Below are positions 27,799 through 41,090 of a stretch of DNA of 64,000 nt, piece after piece. Origin of the DNA: Octopus sinensis (lineage: Eukaryota); the NCBI RefSeq assembly GCF_006345805.1, contig NC_043009.1:70060001-70124000 (forward strand), given 5' to 3'. Below the pieces are notes generated by a model, which saw only the letters and a program-made list of their open reading frames with translations, ran no database searches and had not been told where the DNA came from. A program made the translations under genes and the position numbers. The first letter of the stretch is position 1. Each line of letters begins with the position of its first letter.

Positions 27799-28069
27799 GT
27801 TTAAGGGTGGCACAGATTTATTTGCGTGAGATTTGGCTGCTGTTTCTAGGGATTCTAACGAATGCTGGCTTGTTCCTGTGTATTTGTGCGTGAAAATAAG
27901 TGCGTATGTATAAATGCATGTTTGTGTGAGTGTGTGTGTATACTTAAAGCATATATGTGTGTATGACCTACAAACACACGCACACACACACACATACATA
28001 ATATATATATATATATATATATATAAACACAAACCCACAGGTACATGTGTGTATGAGGGAGTGTAGTAG

Positions 28070-28077
28070 TAGTGGTG

Positions 28078-28110
<33 letters not shown>

Positions 28111-28244
28111 GTAGTAGTAGTATGTTGGGGTTGATCACGGCTATGCAGGCACAGCAACAGAGCATGTGACAGTGAGCTGGCTTACTAACCTATAGCTGAT
28201 TCAGTCAGTGAGAGGCTGACGATGTCTACTAGTAGTAGTTGTAC

Positions 28245-28339
<95 letters not shown>

Positions 28340-28360
28340 ACAGTAGAAGTAGTAGTAAGT
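28070..28360. repeat. compound trinucleotide microsatellite (TAG/TAT)
   Basis: Direct reading. Confidence 0.9.
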
Positions 28361-29449
28361 TAGAAGAGGAGGAGAAGAGGCGGAAGGTGTTGGCGGGAAG
28401 TGACGTGGAACTTTTAGACAGAAATAACCCGCTTAGTGATGGAAAAAAAAAAATAGAAAACAAAAAATGAATTTGTCATGTGTTGCTGACTGTTTTGTCA
28501 TTTGTTTTTTTTTTCTGAACATTTCTTCTGCTTTTTTGAATAACTTTTGTTGTATTCTTTCCTCTGTGTGTGTGTATGTGTGTGTGTGCTATCGTTAAAC
28601 GTTTAAAATGCAACATGTCTAGATATAAGAATATTGAGCGGGTACCAGGATTTGATGCAGTAACTATTAACAAACAGGTTCTATCCATTTCTGACCTTCT
28701 CCTCTTAAAAAGTTAGATAACAGTATTTAGGCAGAACAGAGACAGGGACTTTTAGGTTTCAATACAGGCCCTTTTCTCAGAAAATATTTCCTCTATTCTG
28801 TATTTGTTCGCTGTCTTTTAAATTTCGATTTTTAATTTTATTTTGATTGATTTGTTTTGTTGTTTTTGCAAGTAGGGACCAATGAGAGAACCTTCAAGCA
28901 CCGATCAACCTCGTAAAAATAACAACGAAATTTACCTCAGTGACTTCAATACCTAAATTTAACCAGATTTAAAATCAGGATGCAGTGGCACTTAATACAA
29001 ACTGGTATGTAATTTTTGACTGATACTCTATGTAAGATGCAATACCCCTCTCCATCGAAGGGCCCAGAAAGTACCGGTTGTAGCAGACGAATTTAACTGG
29101 AGATATATTAAGTTTGAAGGAAAAACAAAAACAAAATAAAACGTATGTACGGTCAAACAATGTCTTTGATGATAGGAATTCTTCAGAGTTGATCTAGAAT
29201 AAACGGTGGAAGTACACACACACACATATACACTTGTATAATTAAATTCTCAAAGAAGACATTTGAATGAATCTCTGATCTACACTTAGACACGCCCTGG
29301 GCCTTGCTACTCTGCACGAGGAACCAAAGATTAGCGTCATTAGCAGTCTTTTGCTTGTGACGTTTTTAACTAAAAGATTATTCTAATTGTTTACAAATGA
29401 GTGGTTATTTTTCACGTAATTGTTTTCGTGGTCACTATCTATCTATCTA

Positions 29450-30060
29450 CCTTTCGATCAAAGGAAGGCGGCCGATCAAAGGAAGGCGGCAATCTTCACT
29501 ATGGAGTCGATCAACAGGTAGATCCATCTTACACGTGATAGCAGCTATTCAAATAATTCCACACAGTATCAATGCTTCACCGCTCTACGAGTTCATGCAG
29601 ATCAGATTTATCGTTCTGTGCTTCTCGCGCAGGTTCGGTGGATGGTATTACCATGTCTGAAGAGTTTATGCCGAAATGGCAATGCTCCTCGAAGGAGCTG
29701 AAAAACCAGCGATTTCTAGAAATTGCACATAGGCCCAGGAATGAAAGTCTTTCAGAAATGACCAGCCAAATGATTTTCGTCGACGCCCAGAGTCTCCTCA
29801 TCGATACCGTCGCCCTTGCACAGCAATAATTTTATTTAAAGCGCCAAGATGTAGCTTCCGCCGACGCATTGCCCGACTGGTTGGGGGATGTGAGCGGCCG
29901 ATAACAGTTTAGGCAGCTGGTACTCAGTCTTGAACTATGCTTCAGGAAAAAATACATTGGACCATGATCTGCAGAGGAGAAGCAAGTCTGACAAACAGTG
30001 ACCTCATTTACCATAAAAGAAGCCTGTGAAATCCTCAGTACATGTCTGTACGTCATTAAG
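29450..30060 (+). mobile_element. decayed RTE-like LINE, 3' part of ORF
   Basis: Frameshifted pieces SVLLAQVRW / MSEEFMPK...ELKNQR / SLLIDT..LAQQ / LTNSDLIYHKRS resemble the RTE C-terminus (..AQLRWAGHVxRMxDxRLPKxxxxGEL...LAQDR...GLISHxR). Recalled similarity only. Confidence 0.5.
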
Positions 30061-30182
30061 CACGGCACGGCATTCGCAGACTTCTAGGAAGTGAATGTTG
30101 ATAGTAAATGGATCATCTGTTTAGCGATCCCCGCTCTGTCCGACGATTCTATCGAAAGGCATAAAGCTCTATCTCCAGGTTC

Positions 30183-30310
30183 CGAGCTGCCGTTCCAACG
30201 ACGGTTCGATAAAATGCTACGCGGTATTTATTCTGACTTTCGAACCCGAGTTCAAATCTTGTTGAAATCAATTTTGTCTTTCATTTTTTGTACGTTGAGA
30301 AAATCTAATG
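30183..30310 (+). mobile_element. degenerate SINE family H
   Basis: AAATGCTACGCGGTATTT...GAGTTCAAATC...TTTTGTCTTTCAT, colinear with 63405-63609. Confidence 0.65.
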
Positions 30311-31404
30311 ATCCAAAGGTGGAAGATTGGTGGAACTCGTGGTGGGTGGGTGTCAGGTGAAAGTGTTGAGGCATTTGTCTCGGCTCTTTACGCTTTGACA
30401 ATACCTGCTGCAGCGACACGGGCGCCATGCTATGACGTGTCTTCGGAAACACATGAGTGGCGTAGAGAGAAAGTGGAGGAGGATATTTCTATGCAAGGAC
30501 AGCTGCATGGTCAACATTGACCGACAAAAGCCCTAAAAATACATACATTACATATCTTACATACATACACATATCACACATACACACACACACACACACA
30601 CATCCCTAAAAGCAGTGAAAATACCTGTAACACATGTATGGAGAAGAAAGAAGAATGGTAACATAAGTGCAATAGATATTTGAAACTGTCAGCACCGATA
30701 TTCCCCTTTTACACATCGATGGCTCTATGGAAAATTTGGTTAGAGATAGAAGCAAAGAGGAAAGTTCTATTGTTTGAAAAGAGTGAAGAACATATTGGAC
30801 AATATGGTAGTTCCTGATATGAAAAGAAACGTTCTGGTCATGGTTTGAATCTTTTGGATCTATGAGGCTTACAAGTGGAGGCTAAACGAGGATAAAAGGA
30901 ACAAATGGAATAATGGTCATCGATCTGCGACACGTAAGCAACATTCGCTCATAGTCACGTGCTGAAAATGTTTCCAACTTCAATTTGTATGATTGAAGAT
31001 GTTTCTTCGAAACATCACTTAAGTCAATGATGCTAGCAGACGGATATTCAATCAAAATGGTTTTTTTCTTTAAGATAAGCATCAAATTTTGAAATGAGCA
31101 TAAGTGAAGAATGGCACGATAGATAACTGAGCATTAACATGCATAAATATAATTTTACACATTTGCTGGAATCTTCAGGAAAATCTTTCTCTCAAGCTCT
31201 ATACATACTGTGTCTGCTGCATCAACACAGTTGCCAGCAACTCAGAAGCTCCCCTCTGGATCCGATCCCACTGCAACAGGCTGAACGCATTTGACATGTG
31301 GTTGCCGAATAAACGGTTTAACCTCACGGCTTACATCTGCACCTCTAGAAGGCCAAAAACACTGGTTTCAAATGTCACAACGCCAGAAAGATTATGGGAG
31401 AGTG

Positions 31405-31572
31405 TAAGTTGATTACATTGACCCCAGTGCATAACTGGTTTTTATTTTAGCGAATTCGAAACGATGAAAGACAAAGTCGACCTTGGAGGAATTTGAATTC
31501 AGAACGTAAAAACGGACGAAATGCCGCTAAGCAGTTTTGCAGCGTGTTAACGATTCTGTCAACTCTCAGCCT
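31405..31572 (-). mobile_element. SINE family H
   Basis: GACCCCAGTGCATAACTGGT...GATGAAAGACAAAGTCGACC...ATTTGAATTCAGAACG...GACGAAATGCCGCTAAGCA matches 56411-56583. Confidence 0.8.
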
Positions 31573-33660
31573 TAGAGGAGGCCAAAATAGCACCAAGTAG
31601 TCTTTACACAAAATATGATCTAATTTACCATACAGTGTTCCCACTTTTTTAACTTGATATCATAACATACAAACAAATATTTATTACTATTCATCTCGTC
31701 CAAAATTCCTTGGTATTTGGCCAGTTTTTGCTGACATGTTTTGCAGTGACTTCATCTAACAACTTGTGTTCCCTTAGTTCCATTTAAAATTTAGGTGCGA
31801 TTTTCGATCTTCACAACCATAATATTCGCAGCTTTGCGTTCACCAGACAAGAAACATTATTACCAAAACGGATGCACTCTGCTTAAAATTCTAGTTTATG
31901 TAATTATAAGTAAAATGAGAAAACACGCTGAGGAGATGCCAAAAGACATTCTTGAAATCGTGTGAACCAGTGACAAGGTCACTAGAACAAGCATCACGAT
32001 ATTCCTTTGCCAAAAATGACTTCTGAAACCAAATTGGAAATCATGTGTAATTTTGACAAATCGAACCTGAATGATTGCCCGACTAGCGAAAAATAACCAG
32101 CCGAATAAATATACACGACCGGTTCTTATCGTGTACTCATGCAAGATAATGCAGGTTTTGCTAATGTAAATCGATTTGCAGTCAACTAAAGGATATGAGT
32201 TCAATTCCCAAATGCTACCTATTAGTTATCAGTGAAATGTAATACAGCGCAATTTGTAATGTTATATACAAATTTTTTGTCGAATAGTAACATAGAATTA
32301 ACTTAAATATACATGTATATAATTTCTTTATAAACGAAAATTCTATATGAATTTCTATATGAAAACTCTATAGAATTCTAAATTCTAAATTATGGCTGAC
32401 TTTCTAACATAATTAATATTATAAATTAGCAATGCTGGTTTCCCATTTCTGTCACGCTACAGCAACGTGGAAAGAGAAGAGACTGGGAAAGAGAGAAGGA
32501 ATGTATTATACACAGGCGTGGATAACAAAACTAGAAAATTTTCAGAACGATATTGAGTGAATGAGGATGAGAAATAGCCTGCAAGCAGGACGAGTAATCA
32601 GGCAAGAACGGAAAGTGAAATGAAGAAAGGGATGGAAGAAAGCCACGAAGGTATAAGATAGAGTACAGCTACGAGAGAATAAGAAAGAACTTTACAATAA
32701 TGAGTGGGTGTTCGAGAGGTGACGTTAGAAGAAGAAAAGTATAGGGTGAGGACGAATGATAGAAATACTACGAGAGAAAAAACTGGAAGAGACAACTTCA
32801 ATTGAAAAGAATTTATTGCAAGTCAAAGAAATTCTATGGCTCAGGCTACCCAACTTGGACTTCAGCAGACAAAGAATATCACAGGAAGAATTTGTGACTT
32901 TGTGAGAATAAAGGTTGAATGTAACTCGACTGATTTTTATCAGAGCCATGATATCAGATGTGTTCAATTCTGGATTGACGATGGTAACGGTTTTCATGAT
33001 CCTGGTGAATGGTGACATTGCTGGTGAGAGAGGCAGTGGTAGTGCTTAGGTTGGTGGTTGACGAGGGCGGTGGCGATGTTGGTGAACAGTGTGCGGGTGG
33101 TGGTGGTTGGGGTTGCTTTTGGCTGAGGGTGGGGATACTTGCTTATCAACGTACAGAGAGGATGATAATAGTAAAAACGGTGCAGATGGGGTGGCTACTG
33201 ATAGATAATGCGTGTGTGGTAGGGGTAGTAGTAGTAGTGGTAGAGAAAGGATGGAGAGATAAAGTGGTGGACATTGGGATGTGTGTGATAGTGTGTTGGG
33301 TTGGGGAGGTTGGGTCACTTTGTTGTGGTAGCAACAATTCGGGTTACTGAGTGCACGGAGAGGAGATGATGTTTATATGGAAGGATACTGCTCGGTTTTG
33401 TTGTTCAGGTTTTTGGTTTTCGGTGATTATATAAGTGTGTGTGTGTGGTGTAGGTATTGTGCGTGTGTATATATATATCTGTAAAGTTAAAAACACAATG
33501 AATGCCCAAACAAACGGGAAATAGACGCAGAAGTTCGCAACTCAGCATTTAGCGGCCAGAGGGTCAAACGCACATAAATATATGTGTATATATATACACA
33601 CACACACGCGTACCCACTCACAGACACAGACACGGGCTCTCTCTCTCTCTCTCTCTCACA

Positions 33661-33711
<51 letters not shown>

Positions 33712-35631
33712 ATGTATGTCAGTTTACTTCACAGAAATGACTGAAAAGACCCACAGTTGAGAGGAAAAATCGACTGCGTGATATTTCTTCGGCATGGAAG
33801 TGCAGTCAGTCCTTTGGCGTTGTCGTCGCCGCTAGAAACGTGGTGGATCATTGATGGATCTGTTTCAGTTGGGAATATTTAAGCAAGGATACTATTGTTC
33901 ACTAATTGAGAAATAATTAATTAATCAGAATTAACACATAATTAAAGGAGGTGAGTGACTGGAGCTTTGCATAGAAGAACTTGCAGTATTCGTTGCATCC
34001 ACTCACTGCTCTGGGTTTGATACATGCTAACGTCAATTTCACCTTCCATCGTTTATTTGTAGATAAATAAAGTACCAACCAAGAGGTAGGCTTCATTCTC
34101 TCCCCACCCTCAGTTCCTCCTCCCCCTCCCCCTCCTGAAAGATGTTGGCTGAGATCAGACCAGGAAACCAAAGGACTCAACCGGCTTTAAAATGTCAGAC
34201 ACACCGTATCTCATAAAGCCATCTCTGCGACTGCCATTGGGCTTGAAAGCCCAAGGCAAGGCAAAGTTTTTATTTAACTGAGACGATTTCAAGGAAACCG
34301 CCTGGTCACTGGTCGCCCGATCGGCTTACAATAACAGCTAAATCTTACTCATATCACTTATTCTTAATCTCAAACAACAACGCATCAAACAATATATATA
34401 AGCGTAGAAGTAGTAGTAATGATAATAATCATAATAATAATGTATGTATGTGCACACACACACATATCTATCTATCTATCTATCTATCACCTACCTATTT
34501 ATACACACATACACACACACATTAGAAGAGAAAAACTATTTCAAGAGCTTTATGTAAGAATTAATATAAATGCTGAAACGATTCGTAGGAAGAATATTTG
34601 AAGATTTGATTGTATAAGGTGTGTGCGTGTGTGATGGTTGTATACATGTGGGTACATGGGTGTGTTCACAAAGTGTTTGAAATAACAGCCATTTACATTA
34701 CAGCACATTAACACCAGTAACTAAAAGTGTTTTCTTTTGTTTTTTTCTTTTAACGAAATCCTACTGAAACCTTTCCCTGCAAACCATAAATTACAAGAAG
34801 CTACTTAAGAAGCAATTTTAAAATCGCTTTTTCATTACAGAGATTTGTATGCAAACATTAGCAAATCTTAAAGTTTTTGAAACTAAAATCGCATCTTTCT
34901 CACCAAAATATTTCTAATTATAGGTGCGGCCCCCACCCAGACGTGTGGCCTTGTGGAAATAAATCGTGCGGAAGTAAGTCGCAAGACCAATTATAGTTAC
35001 AGACATCTACAAATTTACACACACACACGGTTCCCATTAAACAGGTTTTGTAATGTAACAAATGATTTGGTTTGTTGTTTTACTCATCTCTTCACCGAAT
35101 TCCCATGGAAGCAATTTAGACTTGTTAACATTTATAACCAATAAAATACATCCACAAAAACAAAACATCTTTCTTTCAACAAATGTCTTCTTCGCTGTTA
35201 TTATTCTGGACGTTAAACAGAAATAAGCGTCAGAACTAACGCTTAATGACCAAAGCTGCAGGAATTCGAACAACAGGCACGAGTGAAAGTTTATTCAAAA
35301 TTATGCAAGATCCTTTTTGATTCATTGAAATCATCTTGGCTTGAAAGAGAAGAGGAGTCAGCCTGAAGAATCATGAATTATCCTGAGTGGACATTCTGTT
35401 TGTCTGAAGATGTGAGGAAAGCTTTGTAAGCTGTGCCTTTGTCTCAAATGGCATCATCCGCACAGCGATTGTCTTACCTTCGTTCGAACAGCCGAACGCA
35501 TATACAAAAAGAACATTTATGGCCGAGGCAGACTTGCAGAATTAAAACGACGACGACGACGACCACCACCACCAACACCATACATGTATAATGCATGAGT
35601 ATATTTATATCTTCATATATATGTGTGTGTG

Positions 35632-35672
<41 letters not shown>

Positions 35673-35722
35673 TTATATGTATTTATATATATATATATGT
35701 GTGTGGGTGGGTGTATGTATGC

Positions 35723-35757
<35 letters not shown>

Positions 35758-36238
35758 CATATATAAATATAAACATACACATATACATACACACATATAC
35801 ATACGCATATGAACACACATATACATACATAAATACAGGGGGCGGAGAGGTAAATATATGGAAAGATAAAAAGATGGCTACGCAGACAGTTGTATAGATA
35901 GATATTTCAATTGAGCGTTTCGGTATTTGTCCATGTTTGTGCGTCCATTGATATAAAGGGATTAAAAGAGAGTTGCATGTATATATATTTATACACACGC
36001 AATGTATATAGGCATTGAATATTAAAATCAGTTGGTTGAACTGACCAGATCAAAGATTCCCAGAATATCATTGTAAAGAAGACTAAAGCCAGAGAGGAAA
36101 CAAACCAACAGGAAGATAATATATATAGTGTGTGTGTGTGCGCGCGCGTGTTTATACACATCCATCCATCTGACTGTCTGTCTGTCTGTCTGTGTATCTA
36201 TCTATCTGTTTGACTGCCTATGTGTGTGTGTGTGTGTG

Positions 36239-36563
36239 AAGGCGTGTGGCTTTGTGGTTAGGGCATGCGGCTCACGATCGCAAGGTCGTGAGTTCAATTC
36301 CTGGCGGCGCGTTGTGTCCTTAAGCAAGACACTTCATTTCACATTGTTCCAGCCTACTCAGCTGGCAAAAATGAGTTGTACCTGTATTTCAAAGAGTCCA
36401 GTCTGTGTCACACTTTGTGTCACGCTGAATCTCCCTGAGAACTACGTTAAGGGTACACGTGTCTGTGGAGTGCTCAGTCACTTCCACGTTAATTTCACGA
36501 GCAAGCTGTTCCGTTGATCGTATCTGCTGGGACACTCGTCGTCGTAACCGACGGAGTGCTCCT
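36239..36563 (+). mobile_element. tRNA-derived SINE family B, full length (CORE-like centre)
   Basis: Box A TGGCTTTGTGG and box B GAGTTCAATTCC, CORE-like GTGTCCTTAAGCAAGACACTTCATTTCAC...; 3' end followed by (TA)n/(ATA)n. Confidence 0.9.
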
Positions 36564-36577
36564 ATGTATATATATAG

Positions 36578-36635
<58 letters not shown>

Positions 36636-38320
36636 GTAACGCATAGTTATAATATGCGCTGACACTAATACACTCTAATAGATAAGCACACACACACATA
36701 TATACACGCACATACACTAACTCACACTAACATACACCCACACTAACATACACCCACATTGACATATATCAACTTATTCACTTGCACAAGCTACAAGACA
36801 CATACACAAGCAACTAGAGATTAGGTGGTCCTCGGTCATTCAAGTGGCTAGAAATAGCAGCCAAATCTCTTCACTAACTTCCATTTCACCATTTTTGGAG
36901 CAATGGAATGACCTACTGTAAATGACATATTGTTTGAAAAGAAGAGATGGTCATCTTTTCGATCACAGTTGATCTTGACTTTAAAATGACATAAATACAA
37001 ACACACACACATACATACATACACACACTCACTCACTCAGTCACTCTCACTCACTTATTTGTTGACTTTGATCCAAGAAATGAGGGAGAGAAAATCTAAT
37101 ACATATTGAAAAGTATATGACTTTATATTGAATTCCATTGTCACAACTTAAGTTTCATTGCAGTGCGTTCTTCGCCCTTAATCAAATGGCAAGCGAAGTC
37201 CTAGAAAGTGAAGATTTCTAATCATAGCGATGTTGGACGTCTTGAAAGCAAAACTCAAAACAAGAAGACCACAAAAGACAGGTTCGTGCGTGGATCCTGT
37301 TTTTGAAGCTCCATCCACAAAGTATTGGGCAACATAAAGCCCATTCAGGCGATGTGTCTGCTATGCAGAGGAATCAAACACAGAGCCAAGGAGAACCGAA
37401 ATTCTTGTTAACACAACTCTGTCTGGGCCCATATTATAATGTACTTTTTTAAAAATAGCTATAAAAGAGGATGATGGGTAATTATTTATGACCTTTGAGA
37501 GAAAACGTTTATAAATCCTCAAGGAAAGTACGTATGATGTTTGAGAGCAAGCATCTGTGACTTGCAGGGCAGGCACTTGTGACCTTTGATGGCAGTACCT
37601 GTGACCTACAGACATTCCTCTTGAATGTCGTCTGTAGGTCAAACCTCTGCAGGAAAAGCGAGGACGGCAAACAAACTTAACAAGATTGCAGCTCTAGGGA
37701 GGAAGGTCTGGGTAAGTATTTTGTGCACTCTCTAGACGAAATAATGTTAAGCAGTGAAGAGGAAATATGTAGAGAGGGGACAGGGTGTATCCTGGGTAGA
37801 GAGGGGTAGCTATGCATGTATATTATGAGCATATGTGACTATATGCATGTGTGCATATTTAATTTTATATTTTGAATTCTCCTGTAAAACTAAAAAAGAC
37901 GAAAGAACTAAAGTTTCAGTGCTGAACAGAGAGGACAACAACGGCGAAGCAATTGCCTGTTCACCTTTTATTGGTTTCATTATTGTATCCTAACAAAAGG
38001 AGGGGGAGGCGAGCTGATCGAAGTGTTAGTAGGTCGGAGAAAACGCTTAGGCCTTGTGCATATATTAATAATAGTAAGGATTATTGTACACCAATAAGTA
38101 GAAATAGGAAAATGTAAGAGCAGTTGTAGATTTCTAAGCAATTGTCCCCATACATTTTCACTGATTTTGATTGAGATCTTCGCAACTGAAGGGCAGCAAA
38201 CTCTCCCCTTCCCGACAGTACGTTTTATTTTAATAAACCTTCTGGACGAAAGAACTAAATTATGCCTGTTCTACTATTTGTATTGGGCAGAAAATTTCAT
38301 GTAATACACATCTATATATA

Positions 38321-39095
38321 CAAGGTCTGCTCAATAAATATCCAAACTGTTGCCATAGTAACAAAGCTAAAGCAAGCAGAGTAAAGCTGCTTGACACAGA
38401 GCGACGTTGAACTTTGGTGTGCATGCGCACTAAGTTGTAACGTTTTATCTCACTTCCGCTGTCTAGAGCAGTGCTTGGAATGAAGGTGTGTAACGTGTGA
38501 TCGTCGCATTAACCATGAAGTTGTCATGGTGACGCAAAGTTGCAGATAGTGTATGGATACGTAACCAGCAAAACTGAGAAAAGCATCGCAGATGGGCGTG
38601 CAGCGGAGATGAGAAATCGTCGAATCAACACCTGTGAGTTATCAGAGGATGTGCAGATTAGTTGCGGTTCAGTTCAGGTCATTTTCACTGAAGTTCTGGG
38701 TATGAAACGCGTGTCTGTCATGTTTGCGCCAAAACTGCTTTCAGCTGACCAGAAAGACACTCGGGATTCAGTTGCACAAAGTCTCCTTAATTGTGTCGAG
38801 AACGATGAAAACTTTTTGAAAACTTTGAGTAGGAGTCTGAGCAGGAATCGCCAAGCTTTTGGCAAAATTTGATGCAGATTCTTCGCTCAACTTTCTGTCA
38901 TGGTCAATGTGACCATCACACACAACACACCTTCCTTCTAAGCTCTGCTGTAAATAGCGGAAGTCAGTTAGGGCGTTAAAACTTAGTGTGCAGGCACAGC
39001 CGAGTTTAAGGTCGATAAGTGCCAAGCGGCTTTACTTTGTGTGCTTTAGCCTCGTTACTATGGCAAAAGTCCGGATACTTATTGATCAGACTACG
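38321..39095. mobile_element. non-autonomous mariner (Tc1/mariner) derivative with ~190-bp inverted arms and transposase remnants
   Basis: TA|CAAGGTCTGCTCAATAAATATCC ... GGATACTTATTGATCAGACTACG|TA. Plus strand encodes NRRINTCELSEDVQISCGSVQVIFTEVLGMKRVSVMFAPKLLSADQK. Minus strand from ATG 38901 encodes (frameshifted) MTE-VERRICIKFCQKLGDSCSDSY, the mariner N-terminal HTH. Confidence 0.9.
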
Positions 39096-40084
39096 TACTC
39101 AAAAAAAGAAATATATTTATCCTAAGGGACAGAGAATTGTTTTAACACACGACCATGTTGAAATGGAACACAGTAGAGAAAGAACAGCTTTAGACAGTCT
39201 CCAATCAAGTGTAAAACTGTGCACAACTATTTGATATTTTTGATCACAGCCCGGGAGTTGAAGCATTTCAAGAAGAGGGGTTTGGGATGGAACTGTCTCC
39301 TACTTTCGGATGATAAATTCTTGAAAAATGTACTTCAATGTATGTAACGTTCCCATTTGTAGAGTTGTCTTGGTTTCATTTTACGAATTTCTCCGAAGGA
39401 AAAGAGCTTCTCTCCAAGCTACAAACACAATTCATTGAAGGGAATTGAGAGATCAGTTATATATGTGTGTATGTATGTATATGCATGTATGTATGTATTG
39501 TATTGTATGCATGTAGGTATGTACGCATGTATGTGCATGTTTCTGTATGGGTGTATGCACGTCTGTTTGTCTGTATGTATGTATGTACACGTATGTGTAT
39601 ATATGTGCGTATGTATGTGTGCGCTTTTAATTAGTTAAATTAGTGACTAATTTTTAACACAGATACATAGCTCCGTCGTTGGACAGTAGATGAGAAAACA
39701 ATGTCACATATTGACGAGTTTGGGGTTGATTGAGGGCTGTTTCTGAAAACGCCTGCTTCTTTCAAGTTGTTGCTTTGACATTTATTAAGGAAGCCATGTG
39801 CCACAGAGTACAAATGTGAATAAGGCTTCGAAGCAGCTTGTTCATGCTTAGTCTTTCTCTCTTTGCTTTTCTAAGAGGTGTTCTAGTCAACTAGACAGCT
39901 GATCTCTATAACGGTACATACTTTGTTCTCCCATTTGCTGCATTTACAAACTGGTAGAAGCGTTCATGGGAATTGACCCATTAACATTTCTTGTCTTCAT
40001 GTTCTGTAACAAGTGGGACTCTGTATTTATTGCAGGACAGTATTTTTTTTATTTTATTTTGGAGGATATTGTTTATTCTTTAAA

Positions 40085-40285
40085 TCTTTTATCTGTCATG
40101 AGACCACGACCACGCTGGGGCACCGCCTTGAAGAATTTTTAGTAGAATGAATCGACCTCAGGACTTGTTTTTTAAGCCTGGTACTTATTATATCGGTCAC
40201 TTTTGCCGAACTGCTAGATGACAGGGACGTAAACACCAGCACCGATTGTCAAGCAGTGATCTCACACACACACACACACGCACGC

Positions 40286-40321
<36 letters not shown>

Positions 40322-40455
40322 GGCTTCTTTCGGTTTCCGTCTACTAAATCCATTCACAAGACGATCCGAGACTATAGTAGAAAGTTGCCACACAGTGTGA
40401 CTGAACTCGGAACCATGTGGTTAGGAAGCAAATTTCTTACCATGTAGCTACACCA
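40085..40455 (-). mobile_element. SINE family D, older copy
   Basis: Colinear with the other family D copies. Confidence 0.85.
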
Positions 40456-40467
40456 ACCCCTCTACTT

Positions 40468-40890
40468 TTAGTCACAACGTCGTGTGGCATAGGGAGGGAA
40501 GTCCCTTGATATTTTGGGGCGACTGTTCATCACGTGTATGATGTCTTCCACAGAAGTGTGACACAATCGACATGTTCGTTCGCTTCTTGAGGCTCCAAGC
40601 GCTTCACTGTCTGTTGTTCCGTTGGTATTTTGTAGCAATCCCCAGCTCTTGGACAGCAAACGCCTAGCGTTCGAAATGTAGCAGACGCAAGTCCAAGAAA
40701 CACCAGGCACCATGTCGATATCATTGTTATTTCAAAGCCTTCGGGAATTATATACAAATTCACAATCTTTGATGAGCGTTTCACGGATGCTCCACCTTTG
40801 TAAAGGAAACCTTTTACAAACGATGGCGCATATGTGTGGTCACTGGATCTGGTACAATTAGCAATAGAATAACTTTCCAAATACGTAAAC
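40468..40890 (-). mobile_element. decayed RLE-type non-LTR retrotransposon fragment (R4/Dong-like), RT C-terminus to zinc knuckle
   Basis: Frameshifted HFER*AFAVQELGIATKYQRNNRQ then RTCRLCHTSVEDIIHVMNSRPKISRDF..TR. Matches the recalled HFEGYxFAIQEQEIxTKY...CRLC...ExxxHIxxxCPK..RHD motif series. Confidence 0.7.
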
Positions 40891-40969
40891 GACAGATGGT
40901 CATTAGTGGAGTGACTTTTATTGTAATCCTACTTGATTTGCGTTGTCGTGAAACAAAAGAAACAGAACA

Positions 40970-41090
40970 ACAGCATCAACAGCAGCAACAACAACAACAG
41001 CAACAACTACTACTACTACTACTACTGCTGTTGCTGCTGCTGCTGCTGCTGCTGCTACTACAACTACAACAACTACTGATGCCGTGATTA
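40970..41090. repeat. compound trinucleotide microsatellite (CAA/ACT/GCT)
   Basis: Direct reading. Confidence 0.9.

Noticed and set aside
30882-31000. Resemblance of RDYERMLLTCRRSMTIIPFVPFILV to the LETM1 helix before the TM segment
   Set aside because: Only superficial similarity. A stop follows immediately and there are no flanking splice sites or neighbouring LETM1 exons.
31700-32110. Possible Academ-like transposase C-terminus (PKDILEIV…)
   Set aside because: The diagnostic cysteines are absent and several frameshifts must be assumed.
32750-33030. ABC-transporter-like peptide (RISQEEFVTL…IFIRAMISDVF)
   Set aside because: Two in-frame stops, weak similarity and no exon boundaries.
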